Positions 59,396-64,000 of a stretch of 64,000 nt of DNA are shown one piece after another. A program made the position numbers and the translations under genes. Numbering within the stretch: position 1 is the stretch's first letter; every line of letters starts with the position of its first letter. The notes under the pieces were generated by a model. That model ran no database searches. It was not told where the DNA came from and saw only the letters and a program-made list of their open reading frames with translations. The DNA comes from Lingula anatina (taxonomy: Eukaryota; Animalia; Brachiopoda): positions 17,832,651 to 17,896,650 of the forward strand of contig CM120647.1 in assembly GCA_051362555.1 (NCBI GenBank), given 5' to 3'.

Positions 59396-60355
59396 TTCTA
59401 CGGTTAGTCGCTTGGTGGTTGGATATTTCACTGGTGTTAGAATTGCACACAAAATTCAAAATAAACTACGGTGGGGCTCGTTTTTTTCCGTTTGAAACTG
59501 GGAGCCTTCCCTATTTTCGTTTTCTCTATAAATCACCAGCGGGTTTTCTTTTCACGATGTGCTTTCAATTGTGATGAACGCGCAGACTGAATGGACGCGC
59601 TGAGTTCCACCTCATATATGATATGGTACCTTTTCTTTCGTCGAACACCTGACTTTTATTTAAATTCTGGAATTTTATAGGAATGTAATTTAATCTCGTG
59701 CCTCACTTAACGCCCCCTTTCAACACGACTGATTTGACCTCAACTAACACATCCCTCTGCCTCACAGAACACATCGAAAGTAACCGGAACACTGGCATAT
59801 AAAAGATTTTGGTTAGGTGTTAAGGAAATTAACAATAACATAATAGGACAGGATGGCAAATTCACAGCAGTTTCCTCTGTGGAATGGGAAAGAGAAACCC
59901 CTCGAGGGGAGAAGGGAAGTGATATAGGGTTTATTGTGCCCCATGAATCCGCCATTTGAATAGTGTCAGATATACTTACGCCGCTCTTAATATCGTAAGC
60001 TAACAGTTTATTTTGGACAGCCAACTAACTTAGCAAAGTTATTCTTTAGGGGCAGTGTATGGGCCATGTTAAAACGCCTCAACATGGAACGTCCACAACC
60101 GAGGTTAGAAGCGAATCACACCAAAGGGAGGTTCGACGGGCATGTTAAATTACGCGCTATCAAAGGATGGAGTATTGAGGAACCCCCACCCCCAACACCA
60201 TCATCCACGAATATAAGGGTGCATACCCAGAGATTTAGATCGATCCAGAGATTTAGATTTAGATCGACCTAACTCCCTGGGGTGTCGCGCTAAATTGCAG
60301 TCAGCCAAGCGCGCACCATAGTTAATTACCCCCTTGCAGCTTTTACAGACGCCTA

Positions 60356-63040
60356 TAGTCCGGTGGCTTAAGGAAAAAATCGTGACACGGCGGATAAAAG
60401 CACCAAATTTTGCATGTGGGTACCTTTTGACATTCTAAATCAAATTAGAGCCGTAGCCCACGGAAAAAATTTACCGTTTGGCCAAAAAATCCAAAATGGC
60501 CGCCAATTTATTGAATTCTTTAGAAATATGTACATACCTATGTTGATTTTTATCAAATAAATTATTTTCTCAGAGTTTTCCACACCCTTATTACCCATTT
60601 TATTCATATATGTCAGATAGCAAACAAGTCCCCTTGGACTTTTTAAAAAATCCAAGATGGCTGTCATTTGCCATAGAAACAGCCATATGAATACTAGTGC
60701 ACAACTATTACCAGCTAGAACGATAGGTTGTCCACTATCAAATTAAGTCTGTTTCTCAGATCTTTGTTACCCACATAATATTTTTGTGGTGAGTAACTAC
60801 GAAGTGTTCTTGGGCATTTTGGAAAATCCAAGATGGCTGCCATGTGCCACAGGAATTCTAGTATATGGGGGATTCAACTAATGGCAACTGGAAAGATTAG
60901 TTTTTCACTATCAAATTAAGCTGGTTTCTGAGTGTTTTCCACATCCTTTCTACCCACACAATATGTATGTGGTGAGTAACTAACAGTATTATTGGGCATT
61001 TTGAGAAAATCCAAGATGGCCGTCATATGTAATAGGAATACTTTTAGTATTACAAAGGGTTGGAACTAATGCCAGCTAATTCACTATCAAATTCAGTTTA
61101 TTTTTTTAGTGTTTTACACATTATTATTACACTGTGATATCTAGCAGGTAATAAATGTGCATATTTGATCATTTTGAGAAAACCCAAGATGGCCGTCACT
61201 GGCCATAGGAATACTACTGGAATTACAACTGCACATCCATGGCTTTTCATCTACAACCAGGGTGAATTTGTGTTTGCCTACCAAGTTTTGCCCATCCTTA
61301 TTAGTCCTATGATATATATCTGGTGGGTAAATAGTGTGCATCCTTGGATATTCTGAGAAAAAGATACCTACAATTTAACATAGGAATACTATTGGGTGGG
61401 TTTCAATTGCTGCTAGACAGGCATATGGTTCATTATACAATTACATTTCCATGGGTTTGTTTTAAAAATAATTTATGTTTTTCATTCCATTTATTATTAC
61501 CCCTATGATGTATACCTGGTCTGCAGCATGTGTGTATCTTTGGGTATTCTGAAAAAATTCAAGATGTCTGCCTTTTGTCATTAGAATATTCGAACACATA
61601 ATCAAATAATGCTAGAGATACACTGAGTGCGATTTAAATGTAGTTTACTTTGGGTCGTTTTTAAATGTTCTTCATATCCTATTTATCCTTATGAAAGACT
61701 CTGTGTGTTTTGAAAGTGTATGTATCCTTGAGTATTATTCGGAGAAAACCCAAGATAGCTGCCAGTTGTCATAGGAATATATCATTCAAATGCACATAGG
61801 TGTCAATTAATAGAACAGTTCAGACATTGATTCCAACATGAAATAAAGCCTTTGATGTTTAAACATGTTGACATCCTTATTAACCTTACTCTTCATAAAT
61901 CTGGTGTGTAGCAAGTGTGCATCTTGCGTATTTGAGAAAATTCAAGATTGCTGCAATTCACAATAGGAATAGTACAGTCAACTACTGCCAGAGAGACATT
62001 GGGTTCAATATAAAATGAATTTTGTTTCTCGGTATTTCCCACATTCTTTTTGGACTTTTAGATATCTATCTGGTGGGTAACAAGTGTATACCCTTTAGTA
62101 TTTTGAAAAAATATCATGATTACCCTCATTTGCCGTAGAAGTGCCTATAAAATCTAATGCACCAGTTTTCCTATGGGGAAAAGAAGGCTATCTTGGATTT
62201 CCCCAAAATGATAAAATATGGACATTAATTACCTAACAGATATGTATCATGGGATAACAATACTAAAAAAAAAAAATAGAAAAACAACTGAATTCAGCTT
62301 CATTTTATTTGTAAGCCTATCTCTCACAGGTATTAACTGAACCCCACCTTCTATGGCTAATGGCAGCCATTTTGTTTTGTTTTGTTTTCAAAAAGGATAC
62401 ACATAACATTCTCATCACATATGTATTATGTGAATTAAAAAGATGTGGAAAATACCCAGAAACAAACCTAATTTATCAATTAATATTATATCTCCATGGC
62501 AGAAGAAGCCCTATGTGTATACTAGTATTCCTTTAATATGGGGGCCATCTTGGATTTTTCTCGAATTGCCTGTGAATAAAGGTTAGTTACTTACCACAAA
62601 TATATTATTTGTGTAATAGGAAACAAAATTAATTAGATAGTGGGCAATGCATCTTCCTAGTTGGCGTTATTTAATTGAAAATCCTTGTACAGTACATGTT
62701 CTAGTATTCCTATGCCATACGGCGGCCATCTTGGATTTTTCAATAAGTCCAAGGACACTAGTTTGTTATCTGACACTTATGCATAATATGGGTAATAAGG
62801 ATGTGGAAAACATTGAGAAAATACTTAATTTGGTAAAAATCAACATAGATATGTATGTATTTCTACAAAATTTCAAAAATTGGCGGCCATTTTGGATTTT
62901 TTGGCCAAACGGTAATTTTTTTCCGTGGGCTACGGCTCTAATTTGATTTAGTATGTCAAAAGGTACCCACATGCAAAATTTGGTGCTTTTATCCGCTGTG
63001 TCACGATTTGGCCATTTTTTTGCCCTAAGCAACCGGACTA
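60356..63040. mobile_element. 2.7-kb non-autonomous DNA transposon with very long TIRs, Academ-like
   Basis: Termini TAGTCCGGT..GCTTA / TAAGC..ACCGGACTA; 3-bp TSD CTA at 60353-60355 and 63041-63043; about 300 bp of close inverted identity, followed by opposed ~180-bp subterminal repeats anchored by AAAATCCAAGATGGC; no transposase ORF. TAG termini with a 3-bp TSD fit Academ. Confidence 0.85.
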
Positions 63041-63597
63041 CTAAGCATGCTTAGCTGACAGAAATCTAGTGAGACTCCCCACAGGGATAGATCGATCTAA
63101 AATCTATGGGAATGGGATCTAACACAGTCTTGAACACAAGATGCGGAGCACGCTAATATTTTAGTTACATTTGTCCAAAGGGAAGGCACTCACCAAAAGT
63201 TTTTGTTCTTTAAAAAAATATTAGGAGATATTACAGCAAATACAGAACAAAATTTAAATAAATTACATGTATTTGTTTCTAACATTCAGTGTACATTTTG
63301 GTAGCATCTAAAACTTTCAAACTTCAAAAATTGGAGGCCATAACAGAGTCAGCGAAAGGCACGATTCGGTGCCACGTTTGATCGCGCCATGAGTATAGAT
63401 AAACTCTTCTTTTTTTTTTTTTTTAGAAATATAGTGTTTTATGGGCGCCGCAATTACGCGACGTGACGGGATGACTGACGTGCTGTGTACTTTTTCCATG
63501 AGTTTATAACGCGTGATAAACGTATTGGCCGCCTGGATTTCTTTGGAAAAGTGGATATCACATGCATATTATTCATTGGTAACACACGTTATACTTA

Positions 63598-64000
63598 ACC
63601 TGGGGATGCAACGTGTATACTGCATTCCTACCTATTACTGATGAACGTTGAATCACATTAAAATAACGTGGTCCCCCTGTGGAAATCACATTCACATAAT
63701 TCGTGAGATTCACATTCAAAGTAACGTTACAGCAACGTTATACTTATACGTGGTACTACAACCTTATTTTCACGTTCATCCCTCTAACAGATTTACGTGG
63801 GGATCACATTCAAAGTAACACTGCTGACATGTTACAAATTTACGTGAGAATCACGTTCAAAGTAACGTTGGTGCAACGTTATATGGAACGTGGTGCAGAA
63901 ACGTGTATTCCACATTGAAAACTTTACACATGTAAGTAGAAACCACGTTTAAAATAACGTTGCTGGCACGTCACAGATTTACGTTAGAATCACGTTAAAA
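63598..64000. repeat. Degenerate tandem/subterminal repeats (GAATCACRTTCAAAGTAACGTT core) running off the window end
   Basis: The core recurs at about 63650, 63708, 63803, 63848, 63940 and 63986. Confidence 0.65.

Noticed and set aside
60440-63032. Paired similar ORFs ending WRPFWIFWPNG.FFPWATALI
   Set aside because: Mirror translations of the long TIRs; no transposase motifs.

Overview
AT-rich, intron-dense animal genomic DNA, probably from an invertebrate (lophotrochozoan/mollusc-like; inference only). From 1 to about 32 kb are two housekeeping genes arranged head-to-head: ZMYND8/PRKCBP1 (minus strand, PHD-bromo-PWWP-MYND, 3' end outside the window) and TRAM1 (plus strand, 12 exons, 389 aa). 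At 32.4-38.4 kb an 8-exon minus-strand gene encodes a 644-aa type I membrane protein. Its ectodomain resembles a bacterial/fungal His-motif TPR family, which makes it a horizontal-transfer candidate. The most unusual region is 40-60 kb: six paralogous two-exon genes for type II membrane mucin-stalk proteins in two classes. Class A has a Tyr-rich tail, with a full ITAM and a YDDV motif in three of four copies. Class B has an acidic tail with no ITAM. Both classes share the TM segment, the intron phase and a terminal P/S-W-G-R-R-K-K-R-K-stop motif that reads as a Trp-amidation signal. Four of the six copies have lost this tip through four different lesions. Mobile elements include a Helentron-type element with a DR1-bearing satellite, hAT-like MITEs, a Rex1/Babar LINE fragment and an Academ-like element nested in a MITE. 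All gene models were assembled by eye from GT-AG junctions and reading phase; no database searches were run.
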